This document shows positions 41,589-41,715 of a DNA stretch of 41,715 nt, in pieces. Made by a program: the position numbers and the translations under genes. Source of the DNA: a virus. Location of the stretch: positions 1 through 41,715 of the IMG/VR virus record IMGVR_UViG_3300050139_000325; one strand, 5' to 3'. The notes beneath the pieces are model-generated. The model had not been told where the DNA came from, did no database searches, and was given only the letters and a program-made list of their open reading frames with translations. Each line of letters opens with the position of its first letter. Positions within the stretch are counted from its first letter, which is position 1.

Positions 41589-41715
41589 GGTACTGTCCTA
41601 ATTTGCTTCTCGCATAAGTTCAGAAAGTGACCAAAGGTGATCGGTGACACCCGCGGCCATGGCCGGAGTGACCCTTAATGAGCTATGAATCCTGACAAAA
41701 TTATAATGGGCAAAA
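41589..41715. repeat. Exact 127-bp copy of window positions 1-127 (terminal direct repeat)
   Basis: Base-by-base identity from GGTACTGTCCTAATTTGC... to ...ATTATAATGGGCAAAA at both ends. Confidence 0.97.

Overview
The window is 41,588 bp of unique sequence plus an exact 127-bp terminal direct repeat (1-127 = 41589-41715). It is therefore either a circular element or a segment bounded by two copies of one IS. About 31 kb (roughly 9.2-40.6 kb) is a GC-rich, lambda-like temperate siphovirus genome. In order it carries: a CI-like repressor and Ner/Cro-like switch, early genes, a secreted SLT transglycosylase, an AEP primase / D5-P4 helicase, and an iteron-rich ori/cos region. The late region follows: two Nu1-like small-terminase paralogs, GpA-type large terminase, gpW-like protein, lambda-type portal, S49 (gpC-like) protease/scaffold, DUF2190-type decoration protein and gpE-type major capsid protein. 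Then come neck proteins, tail tube, G/GT chaperone with an A_AAA_AAC -1 slippery site, an 887-aa tape measure, tail-tip proteins, and a low-GC discoidin+LamG receptor-binding protein. The late region ends with a lysis cassette: M15 endolysin, membrane proteins and overlapping spanins. The remaining ~10 kb (40.6 kb, through the junction, to 9.2 kb) is an accessory arm. It holds tRNA and tmRNA fragments, a DUF1156-type methyltransferase truncated by an IS1-family element, a C5-MTase/HNH/Vsr operon, and a Gp37/Gp68 (DUF5131) operon with micro-ORFs. The most interesting item is a strongly AT-rich two-gene cassette (292-aa soluble protein plus 185-aa four-TM protein) sitting downstream of the repressor, as rexA-rexB does in lambda. 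No integrase, Mu-type transposase or partition genes were seen. All calls come from reading the ORF track and the sequence by eye. No database searches were run.
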